From: Bacteroidaceae bacterium
GTDB lineage: Bacteria; Bacteroidota; Bacteroidia; Bacteroidales; Barnesiellaceae_A
Direction of reading: 5' to 3'
Assembly: GCA_017935645.1 (NCBI GenBank)
Contig: JAGBHF010000011.1
Coordinates: forward strand, 4,709-68,708
DNA: 64,000 bases
Shown: positions 29,101-38,044 of the stretch, piece after piece
Position numbering within the stretch: position 1 is the stretch's first letter
Layout: the number at the start of each line of letters is the position of its first letter
Notes under the pieces: model-generated
What the model was told of the DNA's origin: nothing
Seen by the model: the letters and a program-made list of their open reading frames with translations, nothing else
The model's database searches: none
Made by a program: the position numbers and the translations under genes

Positions 29101-29763
29101 GTTAAGCCCTACATCGAGTCGGAATCAATCATCTTGGACGAGCAACTATTGACCTTGTATGTAGGCGACATCTACACATTGTCGGCTGTCGTATATCCAG
29201 AGGATGCTACCGACCAAGCTCTCAATTGGATCAGCTCCAACACCGATGTAGCCATTGTAGACGAACATGGTGTAATAGAGGCTGTAGGATTTGGCACAAC
29301 CACTATAACCGCAAGCTGTGTCACTAACAGCGCAATAGATGCGTCATGTGAGGTAACGGTATATGAACATTGTGCCGGAGTGGAACTATCGGCGGCAAAC
29401 ATCGAATTGTACGAAGGAGAAACCTTTGAGCTTATAGCCAACACACTGCCCTATGATACTACCGACGGAATGATTGTGTGGAGCGTAAGCGACGAGTCGA
29501 TAGTAACCTGCGACAACGGACACATTACAGCCCTCACACAAGGCTATGCCGAGGTTATTGCCACATCGGTCGACGGTGGATACATGGCTATATGCGAAAT
29601 TACCGTAATCAAAGAAGATAACGCTGTAGAAAATACCACTTGCGATGAAAATATGACATATAAGATTTACAACCTGCAAGGTATGCTGTTGGACAAACTG
29701 CAACAGGGCGTAAATATCCTCATCTACGAGAACGGTATGACTAAAAAGATTATGGTGAAATAA
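26128..29763 (+). CDS. T9SS-sorted surface protein with ten Big_2-type Ig-like domains
   Basis: 1211 aa. Signal peptide, ~320-aa unassigned N-terminal domain, five repeats of a two-domain unit (for example ESVTLSHTSLTMYAGDSHTLTATV...CEVTVY plus GIELSATNKQLFVGESFTLTGKTLP...CTVTVKT). Short C-terminus YKIYNLQGMLLDKLQQGVNILIYENGMTKKIMVK resembles a T9SS CTD. Confidence 0.8.
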   Translation: MRRLLLFLFVLALSAVNSALAQYNGSGYYRVQNKVTERYIRVIDNRGSVNLATTEADLGALETKKHFENVVNDPASVIYITEAGDGYNFKAQGTSSYSIIGYYVKLHKNNDGTYRAYAEHSGLTKYLCDENTTYDEGVVLTNSTKTRDWYIKPVDQNDGQYFAFKPTVSVGGEHYTTIYAAFPFTLPAGMTAYYVSTVADGQAVWKEVKDGKVPASTAVYIKCKSTNYADNKVTIGNNGASSLSDNLMKGVYFNNGTKKHNNQKAYDANTMRVLGVMSDGKLGFITANLDFIPANTAYLVVPANSPKEIKLVSESEFKPNVAAESVTLSHTSLTMYAGDSHTLTATVKPADASDKSINWTSSNNGVATVDTNGVIKAIAYGKTTITATCVANNTIKATCEVTVYAHTTGIELSATNKQLFVGESFTLTGKTLPLSTTDNKIEWSVSNDKVIKRNADGSILALADGVADVIATSVDGGHVAKCTVTVKTKVLPESITLDSQSLSLYVGDAHSLTATVLPDNTTDKSLKWTSYNNKVATVDANGVITANGYGKATIAVSCVANNAIKATCDVVVYEHSTGVEISASTAHLYVGESLKLTAQTLPAGTTDGAIVWSVSDKNVIECSDNGTVVALADGVADVIATSVDGNHVAKCTVTVETWHAVESVTLDKESLTLYTGDSYTLTATILPDKATDKRLDWSSSNENVATVDANGAIKAVGNGVATITATNKSNNAMKATCEVTVYEHCTGVELSATSVELTVGKSFVLTAKTLPLATTDGAIEWSISDETIIKRHEDGTIEALNEGVAKVTARSVDGGHTATCTITVKTIPVAERLVLSDDALILYVNDNHTLTATVYPEEAEDKSLTWLNDRADVISLAEGEITAVGPGAANVIAYVTTNNAAADTCSVVVYEHTTGVELSATAIELIVGRSTMLTANTLPLATTDGMIEWSISDDTVIKRHEDGTIEALAEGVAEVTARSVDGGYTATCSVTVKPYIESESIILDEQLLTLYVGDIYTLSAVVYPEDATDQALNWISSNTDVAIVDEHGVIEAVGFGTTTITASCVTNSAIDASCEVTVYEHCAGVELSAANIELYEGETFELIANTLPYDTTDGMIVWSVSDESIVTCDNGHITALTQGYAEVIATSVDGGYMAICEITVIKEDNAVENTTCDENMTYKIYNLQGMLLDKLQQGVNILIYENGMTKKIMVK
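27097..29610 (+). repeat. five in-frame tandem repeats of 507 bp (last one 504 bp), each encoding two Big_2-like domains
   Basis: Repeat starts at 27097, 27604, 28111, 28618 and 29122. Protein-level conservation is high, but the DNA differs at many synonymous positions. Confidence 0.88.
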
Positions 29764-29781
29764 TCTGTAAAAATTGATTGT

Positions 29782-30690
29782 ATGAAAAAATTTATTCTTC
29801 TTTTCGCAACACTTATCGCGGCATTCTCAACCACCACTGCTCAGAAGGTAAAGGCTTTTGAGCATCTCGATATCGGCGTGACACTGGGTACTACCGGTGT
29901 AGGTATCGACGTAGCGACTCCCATCAGCGAGCAGTTTCGCGTAAGAGCCGGCTTCTCGTTCGTTCCGGAGTTTGATGTAAAAATGAACTTTGGCATGAAT
30001 GGTGAGAATGGCAGTGATTTTAACTCGATGGCCGATAAATTTGCCGATTTGACCGGACTTGCCATTGACGATAACATCGACATGATAGGCCAACCCAATA
30101 TCTACAATGGTAATTTATTGGTCGACTTCTTCCCTATTAAGAACGTCAATTTCCACGTTACTGCCGGTTTTTATTGCGGTTCGTCGAAGATAGCAAGTGC
30201 ATGCAATACTGTAGAGGATATGGCAACATTGGTGAGTGCAAGCATGTTTAACAATATCTACGAAAAGGTTGAAGCCGGCGAACCCATCTTCGGCGATGTG
30301 TACCTAACCCCCGAACTCGAAGAGAAAATCTTGGAAAACGGACGAATGGGTGTTCACCTTGGCGATAGAGTGGATACCGGAGAGCCATACATCATGGAGC
30401 CGGACGAAAACAGCACTGTCAAGGTTGATATTTTTGTCAATTCATTCAAGCCCTATCTTGGTGTTGGTTACGGAGGCAAGCTCGCCAAGAACAACGATTG
30501 TGTAAGAATAGCTTTCGATGCCGGTGTCATGTTCTGGGGTGGAGCACCTAAAATGGTCACACACGACGGTGTCGACTTGGTAAGAGATGTGGAAAACGTC
30601 GGTGGAAAAGTAGGCGAATACGTCAGTATAGCCAAGGCTATACAAGTCTATCCGGTACTTAATCTCAAGATATCGTTCAGAGTATTCTGA
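29782..30690 (+). CDS. putative outer-membrane beta-barrel protein
   Basis: 302 aa. Signal peptide ending TTAQ, alternating beta-strand pattern, and a C-terminal ...LNLKISFRVF ending in an aromatic residue. Starts 19 nt after the T9SS cargo gene. Confidence 0.6.
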   Translation: MKKFILLFATLIAAFSTTTAQKVKAFEHLDIGVTLGTTGVGIDVATPISEQFRVRAGFSFVPEFDVKMNFGMNGENGSDFNSMADKFADLTGLAIDDNIDMIGQPNIYNGNLLVDFFPIKNVNFHVTAGFYCGSSKIASACNTVEDMATLVSASMFNNIYEKVEAGEPIFGDVYLTPELEEKILENGRMGVHLGDRVDTGEPYIMEPDENSTVKVDIFVNSFKPYLGVGYGGKLAKNNDCVRIAFDAGVMFWGGAPKMVTHDGVDLVRDVENVGGKVGEYVSIAKAIQVYPVLNLKISFRVF

Positions 30691-30837
30691 TATTTCATCA
30701 AAACAAGAATCGAGAGGCTGTGTTATAATTGAACAAAATTGTAATGCAGTCTCTTCTCGTATCTACGAAATATTGACTACAGGCATGTAACAGAGAAAAT
30801 AAATATCGTTATTCTTTGCACCCCAAAAAGCTTTTCT

Positions 30838-30845
30838 TACCTTTG
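30838..30845 (+). promoter_or_regulatory. -7 promoter box (TAnnTTTG) for the GT2 gene
   Basis: TACCTTTG, 22 nt upstream of the ATG at 30868. Confidence 0.55.
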
Positions 30846-30867
30846 TAGAAATTAAACCATACGCAAC

Positions 30868-31626
30868 ATGTCAGAAATCCAGATACTTCACGACAGCCTT
30901 GTTCTCATCCCCACATACAACGAAAAAGAGAACATCGAAAACATCATCAGAGCTGTTTTCAATCTACCCGAAATGTTCGATATTTTGGTTATCGACGACA
31001 ACTCACCCGACGGAACAGCAGCCATCGTAAAGGGATTGCAAAATGAGTTTCCCGAGCGACTGCACATCATCGAGCGCAAGGGTAAGCTTGGCTTAGGTAC
31101 TGCCTATATCGCCGGCTTTAAGTGGGCCATAGAACATCGCTACGACTATATCTTTGAGATGGATGCCGACTTCTCACACAATCCCGAGGACTTGCTACGT
31201 CTTAAGGCGGCATGTCGCGACAATGGAGCCGATATGGCCATCGGTTCGCGATATGTATCGGGCGTGAATGTTGTCAACTGGCCCATGGGACGTGTTATCA
31301 TGTCATACTACGCATCGAAGTACGTCCGCATCGTTACCGGCATGAAGATACACGATACCACTGCAGGATTTGTATGCTACCGTCGCGAGGTATTGGAGAC
31401 TATGGAGCTCGATAAGATACAATTTAAGGGCTATGCCTTCCAGATAGAGATGAAGTTTACTGCCAAGATGTGCGGCTTCAATATACAAGAGGTACCCATT
31501 ATCTTCATCAATCGCGTATTGGGTGAAAGCAAGATGAGCGGAGGTATCTTCAGCGAAGCCGTATTTGGCGTTATCAAGCTCAAGTGGGGTAGCCTCTTCC
31601 GCAAATATCCGCAGAAAAAACAGTAA
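30868..31626 (+). CDS. polyprenol-phosphate mannosyltransferase-like family 2 glycosyltransferase
   Basis: 252 aa. LVLIPTYNEKENI ... LVIDDNSPDGT ... FEMDADFSHNP matches the Dpm1/GT2 pattern. Confidence 0.85.
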   Translation: MSEIQILHDSLVLIPTYNEKENIENIIRAVFNLPEMFDILVIDDNSPDGTAAIVKGLQNEFPERLHIIERKGKLGLGTAYIAGFKWAIEHRYDYIFEMDADFSHNPEDLLRLKAACRDNGADMAIGSRYVSGVNVVNWPMGRVIMSYYASKYVRIVTGMKIHDTTAGFVCYRREVLETMELDKIQFKGYAFQIEMKFTAKMCGFNIQEVPIIFINRVLGESKMSGGIFSEAVFGVIKLKWGSLFRKYPQKKQ

Positions 31627-31631
31627 AAGTC

Positions 31632-32975
31632 ATGCGCACAATTATCCAAAACGGCCTTATCATCAACGAAGGTCGAGAGTATGTCGGTAGCATTATTATC
31701 GACAATAATACCATAACACACATTATCGAAGGCGACCTTGATGCCTGCATATTGGCTATGGCCGACCGCATCATCGATGCACAAGGTTGCTGGGTAATAC
31801 CCGGTGTTATTGACGACCAAGTACACTTTCGCGAGCCGGGCTTGACTCACAAAGCCGATATTGCAACCGAAAGTCGCGCCGCTGTGGCCGGTGGTGTTAC
31901 ATCGTACATGGACATGCCCAACACCAAGCCGGCTACTATTACCGCTGATGCTCTTGCTTGGAAACAACAACGAGCACAAGAGACCTCTATTGCCAACTAT
32001 TCGTTCTATATAGGTGCTACCAACGACAATGCCGAGTTGATAACTACGCTCGACTATACCCATGTGTGCGGTATCAAACTGTTTATGGGTTCATCGACAG
32101 GCAATATGCTTGTTGACGACAGCAAGACACTCGAAAAAATCTTTGCCGAGGCTCCTGTGCTGGTAGCTACACACTGCGAGGAAGAAGAGGTCATACAAGC
32201 CAACCGCGCTCGCTATACAGCCATGTTTGGCGAGGATATGCCCGTATACTTCCACCCTATGATACGCAATGCCGAGGCATGCTATCGCTCGTCGGCCAAG
32301 GCTGTCGAGCTGGCATCGCGCCACAATGCTCGCTTGCACTTGCTTCACCTCTCTACAGCACGCGAACTTACCTTGCTCGAAGATCGTCCTTTGGCCGAAA
32401 AGCGCATCACCGGTGAAGTGTGTGTACACCACCTGTGGTTCGATGATAACGACTATGTTCAATATGGAAACCGCATCAAGTGGAATCCCGCCATCAAGAC
32501 TTGTGCCGACCGTCGCGCATTACTCGAAGCTGTTGCCACCCATCGCCTCGACATTGTTGCAACCGACCACGCGCCACACTTGCTCAGCGAGAAGGAGGGT
32601 TCGTGCTTGAAAGCCGCTTCGGGAGGACCCTTGGTACAATTCTCATTGCAAACCATGCTCGAACTCGCCGCAAAAGGCCACTTTACCCGCACTCAAGTGG
32701 TAGAGAAGATGTGTCATGCCCCTGCTACACTCTTCGGTGTATCGCGACGCGGATACCTCCGCGAGGGATACTATGCCGACATTGCCATTATCGATCCCTG
32801 TCAACCCTACACCGTAACCACCGACAAGATTTTGTCGCGCTGCGGATGGTCGCCATTCGAGGGTCACACCTACCCTCACACCATTACGCACACCCTTGTC
32901 AACGGTGTTGTGGCATACGAAAACGGCACTATCAACGACAATTGCCGAGGACAATTGCTCCTCTTCGAGCGATAA
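31632..32975 (+). CDS. pyrC: dihydroorotase (cyclic amidohydrolase family)
   Basis: 447 aa. PGVIDDQVHFREPG metal-binding motif, and ATDHAPH near the C-terminal third. Confidence 0.82.
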   Translation: MRTIIQNGLIINEGREYVGSIIIDNNTITHIIEGDLDACILAMADRIIDAQGCWVIPGVIDDQVHFREPGLTHKADIATESRAAVAGGVTSYMDMPNTKPATITADALAWKQQRAQETSIANYSFYIGATNDNAELITTLDYTHVCGIKLFMGSSTGNMLVDDSKTLEKIFAEAPVLVATHCEEEEVIQANRARYTAMFGEDMPVYFHPMIRNAEACYRSSAKAVELASRHNARLHLLHLSTARELTLLEDRPLAEKRITGEVCVHHLWFDDNDYVQYGNRIKWNPAIKTCADRRALLEAVATHRLDIVATDHAPHLLSEKEGSCLKAASGGPLVQFSLQTMLELAAKGHFTRTQVVEKMCHAPATLFGVSRRGYLREGYYADIAIIDPCQPYTVTTDKILSRCGWSPFEGHTYPHTITHTLVNGVVAYENGTINDNCRGQLLLFER

Positions 32976-33000
32976 AAAATCATAAGATTGCAACCATTTG

Positions 33001-33041
33001 TCATAGCGATGCGTCTAATACACAAAAACGCATCGCTATGA
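33001..33041 (+). terminator. 13-bp perfect stem-loop after pyrC whose 3' arm contains the start codon of the next gene
   Basis: TCATAGCGATGCG - 15-nt loop - CGCATCGCTATGA. The ATG at 33038-33040 lies in the right arm, and a T5 run follows 4 nt later. Confidence 0.5.
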
Positions 33042-34177
33042 AACATTTTTACATTACCCTATTATTTGCGCTTGTTGCATGCAACGCATATACTCAAAAC
33101 TCAAATTTACACATCGAAGCATACACCACCTTTCTACAAGGTGAACACCCCTCGGCCAAGGATTATATACTCGAACTTTTCGCACGATACGATATTGTCA
33201 TTCTATGCGAGCGCGACCACCGCGAAATGACTCAATATGAACTTATTCTCGATATATTGGCCGACAAACGATTTATCAAGGAGGTAGGCGCAGCATACTT
33301 TGAGATAGGCAATACCGAGTACAACGACAGCATCAATGCTTTCTTGCACAATGCAACGCTTACCCCCGATGAGGTAAAACAGAATGTGCTACACTTCCAT
33401 CGCAACATCTATGGTGCAGGACTGTGGGAAAAGAGCAATTACAGTTACTTACTACAAGGTGTTCATGACATCAACAGCCGACTTGCCCCCAAAGATATGA
33501 TTGAGATATACGGCCTTGAAAAGGGTGTAAACTGGGGAAAAGCCACCGAACATGACATAATACGTCGCAATATCTGCACCAATGCCATACACCGCGACGC
33601 GATATTAGCCGAAAACTTCTGCAACTATCATCATTATAGCACTACAGGCAAAGCTCTTGTTATACTCAATTACCGTCATGCCTTTACACGCGATATTGCC
33701 AACCGTGACAATGCAGGACGGCATATCAAAGATAGATATGGCAATAGAGTTGCCAACGTCTTTCTCAACTCTTTTGCACTATCGCCACGCGGAGAATTTA
33801 CAGCCATAAAAAATGGTATGTGGGATGCAGCTTTTATTACAACACATAAAACAGATATTGGTTTTGACTTGACCGACACACCTTTTGGGGAAGATAATTT
33901 CGATTTTATCCCCATAGCAACACCTTTGCGATACTGCGATTTTTTTACAGGTATGGTATATTATACCCCCTTTGCACAACTGCGCATCACAACGGGACTC
34001 CCCAATTTCGTGGATGATAATTTTGCTCGCGAAGTGCAACGCAGATACACTTTAGAAGGCAATATAGCGCCCGATGCAGAAATATTGAAGGAGCAATACA
34101 ACACCGTTACCGAGCGCACATATAGTGAAGAATTTCCACAAATATGCGATAGCATAAACCGATGGGTAAATGAATAG
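33038..34177 (+). CDS. secreted protein or lipoprotein of unknown function (possibly ChaN/Tiki-like)
   Basis: 379 aa counted from MKHFYITLLFALVACNAYTQ (signal peptide; possible lipobox LVAC). The motif DIVILCERDHREMTQYE loosely resembles the GExH-type motif of ChaN/Tiki proteins. The upstream part of the 565-aa ORF overlaps pyrC and is not used. Confidence 0.6.
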   Translation: MKHFYITLLFALVACNAYTQNSNLHIEAYTTFLQGEHPSAKDYILELFARYDIVILCERDHREMTQYELILDILADKRFIKEVGAAYFEIGNTEYNDSINAFLHNATLTPDEVKQNVLHFHRNIYGAGLWEKSNYSYLLQGVHDINSRLAPKDMIEIYGLEKGVNWGKATEHDIIRRNICTNAIHRDAILAENFCNYHHYSTTGKALVILNYRHAFTRDIANRDNAGRHIKDRYGNRVANVFLNSFALSPRGEFTAIKNGMWDAAFITTHKTDIGFDLTDTPFGEDNFDFIPIATPLRYCDFFTGMVYYTPFAQLRITTGLPNFVDDNFAREVQRRYTLEGNIAPDAEILKEQYNTVTERTYSEEFPQICDSINRWVNE

Positions 34178-34179
34178 AA

Positions 34180-34971
34180 CTATCGTTGCTTGAAGTTGTA
34201 GGTAATGGTACCTACTTGTGTTACGTTCTTATCGGAACGGTCAAATCGGGCTTTCTTGGCGGCCTCTAACGCTGCTGCCCGTAGGGATTCATTAGGAGAA
34301 CTTCCCACCTTGACCGACGCTGCTATCACAGCACCACTCTTGTCTACAGTTATCTCTACGACCACTGTACCCTCTATATTGCTATTGTAACGAGGCTTGG
34401 GCAAGTCGAGACACGTGCGACCTTGCAGACTGAAACCTCCCCAACCACCTACGCCTTGCGATGCTCCGGTAGGCGCATTACCTGTTGGTGAGCCTTGCAC
34501 ACCTTCGCCCTGCTCGGCAGTGCCTCTATTGCCTTCAGTAGTGCCTCCGAAGGCATTTTGCATGGCATTGCTCACGCGCTGTTCCTTCTCGCGCTGCTCG
34601 GCAAGGAGACGTTCCTCGGCCTCGCGCTTGAGTTGTTCCTCGCGGCGACGTTTCTCTTCCTCCTCGCGACGCTTTTTCTCTTCGAGGGCGGTTGTCTCTT
34701 CGCTTTCCTGCGTTATAAGGTCTTCGGTACTCACATCGGGTATCTGTTCGGGTTGCGAGGGAGTAACAACCGGGGCGGCCGGCTCGGGCATATATGGCTC
34801 GAATGTACCACTCGCCTCATCAACGTAACCCACTTGTACAAAGACACCTCCAAACTCTTCCTTAACAGGCTCACTCTTAAGAACAATTGAGGCCAATATA
34901 AACAACACAACAGCATGCACCGTGATAGTTGTCACGACGGCAATGAGTCTGTTGCGTTGATTTTGAGTCAT
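34180..34971 (-). CDS. tonB: energy transducer TonB
   Basis: N-terminal TM, Pro-rich and EEKKRREEEEKRRREEQLKREAEE charged linker, and a C-terminal TonB domain (GTVVVEITVDKSGAV). Confidence 0.82.
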   Translation of the reverse strand: MTQNQRNRLIAVVTTITVHAVVLFILASIVLKSEPVKEEFGGVFVQVGYVDEASGTFEPYMPEPAAPVVTPSQPEQIPDVSTEDLITQESEETTALEEKKRREEEEKRRREEQLKREAEERLLAEQREKEQRVSNAMQNAFGGTTEGNRGTAEQGEGVQGSPTGNAPTGASQGVGGWGGFSLQGRTCLDLPKPRYNSNIEGTVVVEITVDKSGAVIAASVKVGSSPNESLRAAALEAAKKARFDRSDKNVTQVGTITYNFKQR

Positions 34972-34983
34972 ATAACGATATGA

Positions 34984-35394
34984 TTATCTTTCGGGGGCAG
35001 TAGCCAATACCATCTTCAGGTTGTGCTTATTGGCAAGGTCAAGAATCTTTACCACCTCGCCATACGGCACAGACTCGTCGGCATAGATAGCCACAAACAT
35101 CTCAGGCTCACGTTCACGAGTCCGGAGCAAGAAATCAACCAATTGGTCTATATCGGTAGGTTGCTCACGCTCGTTGCCAAAGGCCACGTAATAGTTAAGA
35201 TTGGTATCAATGGTCACACGCGACAGGGGCTTGGCTGCTGCTTGTTGACTGCTTTGGGGCAAGTTTACTTTTATCGCATTGGGGAAAACAACAGTAGATG
35301 TCACCATAAAGAATATGAGTAACAGAAATATCACGTCGGTCATCGACGCCATACTGAAGTTGGGGTTAACACGATGTCTTCTCTTGATAGCCAT
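34984..35394 (-). CDS. exbD: biopolymer transporter ExbD/TolR
   Basis: 136 aa. SMASMTDVIFLLLIFFMV TM segment and an ExbD-like periplasmic domain. Confidence 0.88.
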   Translation of the reverse strand: MAIKRRHRVNPNFSMASMTDVIFLLLIFFMVTSTVVFPNAIKVNLPQSSQQAAAKPLSRVTIDTNLNYYVAFGNEREQPTDIDQLVDFLLRTREREPEMFVAIYADESVPYGEVVKILDLANKHNLKMVLATAPER

Positions 35395-35407
35395 AAGTAC
35401 AATGTGC

Positions 35408-36127
35408 CTACTCGGCAGGCTCGTTTAACAAGTCCATAAACTCCATTGTCTTGGTCTCCAGCTGGTTCATCACGCCATCGACGCGTGCCACCAAATAGTT
35501 GTAAGCAAAGAGGGCAATAACACCCACTACAAGACCGGCAATAGTTGTAACAAGAGCCTCATATATACCACTCGAAAGGGTGGTTATATCGGCATTATTA
35601 CCGGCCGATGCCATATTATAGAATGCATTGACCATACCGGTTACTGTACCCAAGAAACCTATCATAGGCGCACCGGCGGCTGTAGTAGCCAACCAAGGGA
35701 AACCCTTCTCGAGTTGAGCAATCTCTATATTTCCGGTATTCTCAATTGCTACCAACACATCGTTCATGGGGCGACCCAGTCGCGATATGCCTTTCGCAAT
35801 AAGACGTGCGGCCGGAGTATCGGTCTTTTTGCACAACTTCAGTGCTGCATCTATCTCGCCATCATGGATATAATCTTTGATGCGATCCATAAAGGTCTTA
35901 TCTTCCTTACCGGCCTTGCGCACTACCAACAGGCGTTCTACAAAAATATAAATGGAGAGTACCGAAAGTAACAACAAGGGTATCATGAAGAAACCGCCCT
36001 TGAGCATGAGCGACCATATATTCAACTCCTCGGGGACTTCAACTGCAACATCTGCATTAACCGCATTGACGGCATTGAGCGTATCTACCGGCAACTGTAA
36101 TAAGAGCGTAAGCAAATTATTTGTCAT
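35408..36127 (-). CDS. exbB: MotA/TolQ/ExbB proton channel protein
   Basis: ExbB-type TM pattern (GAPMIGFLGTVTGMVNAF). The ATG at 36127 (MTNNLL) is preferred over the GTG at 36148, which overlaps pdxJ. Confidence 0.85.
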   Translation of the reverse strand: MTNNLLTLLLQLPVDTLNAVNAVNADVAVEVPEELNIWSLMLKGGFFMIPLLLLSVLSIYIFVERLLVVRKAGKEDKTFMDRIKDYIHDGEIDAALKLCKKTDTPAARLIAKGISRLGRPMNDVLVAIENTGNIEIAQLEKGFPWLATTAAGAPMIGFLGTVTGMVNAFYNMASAGNNADITTLSSGIYEALVTTIAGLVVGVIALFAYNYLVARVDGVMNQLETKTMEFMDLLNEPAE

Positions 36128-36135
36128 GATAGTTA

Positions 36136-36849
36136 CTATTTTAGGCACTCCTTATAGCGCGCAATTGTTGTTTCAAGTCCTAAGTAAAGAGCATCGGCTA
36201 TAAGCGCATGACCGATAGACACTTCACTAAGATAAGGAACATTATCATGAAAGTACTTCAAGTTCACGAGGCTCAAGTCATGACCGGCATTTACACCCAA
36301 TCCCAACTTGTGTGCATGCTTGGCAGCCTCGGCAAAGGGTGCTACGGCTGCAGCCGGGTCTTGCGGATATTGCGCGGCATAAGGCTCGGTATATAGCTCT
36401 ACGCGATCGGTGCCGGTCTTGGCAGCCAGTGTAATCAGCTCAAGGTCGGTTCCTACAAAGATAGAGGTACGAATACCGGCAGCCTTGAATTGGTCAATCA
36501 CTCTTACCAAGAAGTCGAAGTGCTTGCGAGTATCCCATCCGGCATCGGAGGTAAGCGCATCGGGCGCATCAGAAACAAGTGTTACTTGAGCAGGCTTGGC
36601 CTTGAGTACCAAGTCGATAAACTGCTCGGTAGGATTACCCTCGATGTTAAATTCGGTGCGTAAGGCAGGGCGCATCTCATACACATCGGCATAACGTATA
36701 TGGCGCTCATCGGGACGGGGATGCACAGTAATACCATCGGCACCAAAAGTCTCACAGTCGAGAGCCACCTTCAATACATTGGGCACATTGCCACCTCGCG
36801 CATTGCGCAAAGTAGCTATTTTATTGACATTTACACTCAGTTTGGTCAT
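36136..36849 (-). CDS. pdxJ: pyridoxine 5'-phosphate synthase
   Basis: 237 aa. [17 protein letters not shown] ... [12 protein letters not shown] ... NIEGNP are PdxJ hallmarks. Confidence 0.93.
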   Translation of the reverse strand: MTKLSVNVNKIATLRNARGGNVPNVLKVALDCETFGADGITVHPRPDERHIRYADVYEMRPALRTEFNIEGNPTEQFIDLVLKAKPAQVTLVSDAPDALTSDAGWDTRKHFDFLVRVIDQFKAAGIRTSIFVGTDLELITLAAKTGTDRVELYTEPYAAQYPQDPAAAVAPFAEAAKHAHKLGLGVNAGHDLSLVNLKYFHDNVPYLSEVSIGHALIADALYLGLETTIARYKECLK

Positions 36850-36875
36850 ATTCTAAAATTGATTTTTATAGAGAA

Positions 36876-36883
36876 CAAAGATA
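36876..36883 (-). promoter_or_regulatory. -7 promoter box for pdxJ, at the end of a diverged copy of the intergenic module
   Basis: The plus strand reads CAAAGATA, which is TATCTTTG on the minus strand, 27 nt upstream of the ATG at 36849. The following CAAAGATAGTAAAAGGTGCGTGAAATAGAAATGAACTTATTC... aligns with the 21.3-kb units. Confidence 0.5.
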
Positions 36884-36998
36884 GTAAAAGGTGCGTGAAA
36901 TAGAAATGAACTTATTCAAATTATTTTGCCGATCCTCGTCCTATTTTTATGTAATTACAACAACAATGTAAGGGACATACAATACCACTTACTATTTT

Positions 36999-37916
36999 TT
37001 AACTTATCGCAATAGGCCTGGGGTCGAAACCCAATTCACGACGAGCCTTATCGCCCACATAGGCATCGGGCATGCACAATATCTTCATATTGGGCAACGA
37101 AAATGCCACCTTGATACCCAATGCTCGCAATAAATTGCCTATCAGGCCGAAGAACAACATCAAGAATGTAGGAACAATGATGATAAATTTCACTCGCTTC
37201 ACACGCTTGAAGAAGTCCTTAAACGAGATGTTCTCGCCACATATCAGGTAGTTCTCGCCACTTTTGCCTCGCTCATAGGCCAACACGATGCCACGTGCAG
37301 CCTCTTCGACATCGAGGAAGTTCTTACCACCCGGAGGACAGAATGTAATGGCATGCGCCATGTCGAATATTTGATTAGAGCCGGCACTGGTTCCAAAGCG
37401 ACCCAACATAAAGGTGGGGTTGACAATTATACACTCAATCTTATCGGCATAGGTTCTGAAAATCTTCTCGGCGGCAGCTTTGCTACGGGCATAGAACGAT
37501 TGCGAGAGAGGTGCATGCCACTCTTTGGTCTCGTTGGCAGGTTGTTCCCAAGTGCCGTTACCGATAGTATTGGCAGTGCTTACCAACACCATGCGCTTAA
37601 CTCCACTCTTGACAACCACATCCATCAAGGTTGCTATAGGCTTGCTGTTTACAGCCTCATACTCCTCATATTTCAGCAATTTCTGGTCGGTAATTGCAGC
37701 GACATGGAAGATACCCGAACATCCCTGTATGGCTGCTTCGAGATGTTGAGGATTCTTAAAATCACCTTCAAACAATTGTAGATTTTCACTCTGCACACCT
37801 CGATATGATGAGCGACGGCGCACCATACCCACAACATAATAACCCTTGCGTAGCAATTCATCTATCAAATTAGATGCCAACATACCGTTTGCACCCGTTA
37901 CAAGCACTTTTACCAT
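36999..37916 (-). CDS. NAD-dependent epimerase/dehydratase family (extended SDR) protein
   Basis: MVKVLVTGANGMLASNL Rossmann motif and a YxxxK motif (YARSKAAAE). The ATG at 37916 is preferred over the ORF-track start at 37967. Confidence 0.8.
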   Translation of the reverse strand: MVKVLVTGANGMLASNLIDELLRKGYYVVGMVRRRSSYRGVQSENLQLFEGDFKNPQHLEAAIQGCSGIFHVAAITDQKLLKYEEYEAVNSKPIATLMDVVVKSGVKRMVLVSTANTIGNGTWEQPANETKEWHAPLSQSFYARSKAAAEKIFRTYADKIECIIVNPTFMLGRFGTSAGSNQIFDMAHAITFCPPGGKNFLDVEEAARGIVLAYERGKSGENYLICGENISFKDFFKRVKRVKFIIIVPTFLMLFFGLIGNLLRALGIKVAFSLPNMKILCMPDAYVGDKARRELGFDPRPIAIS

Positions 37917-38044
37917 TCTGTGATATTTCTTTTCCTTTATTGGCAGAGGTAATAAACACCTCGGCACGATGATACAAAAGTAGATATTTCGCCATAAAAA
38001 TACAAAAAAACTCGCCCCGTTTTGTTGTTTTATAATAAATGAAC

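Noticed and set aside
31431-32063. A 210-aa minus-strand ORF spanning the junction of the GT2 gene and pyrC.
   Set aside because: It is antisense to two well-supported genes at once, has no recognisable motifs, and crosses an intergenic gap. I treat it as a shadow ORF.
32480-33037. A 186-codon N-terminal extension of the 565-aa ORF, overlapping the 3' third of pyrC in another frame.
   Set aside because: The extension is Arg/Pro/Cys/His-rich nonsense overlapping a well-supported dihydroorotase. A clean signal peptide begins at the ATG at 33038, which I take as the real start.
34397-34890. Plus-strand ORFs (143 and 131 aa) antisense to tonB.
   Set aside because: They mirror the charged and Pro-rich repeat region of TonB as Ser/Arg/Phe-rich strings. 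This is an artefact of low-complexity coding sequence.
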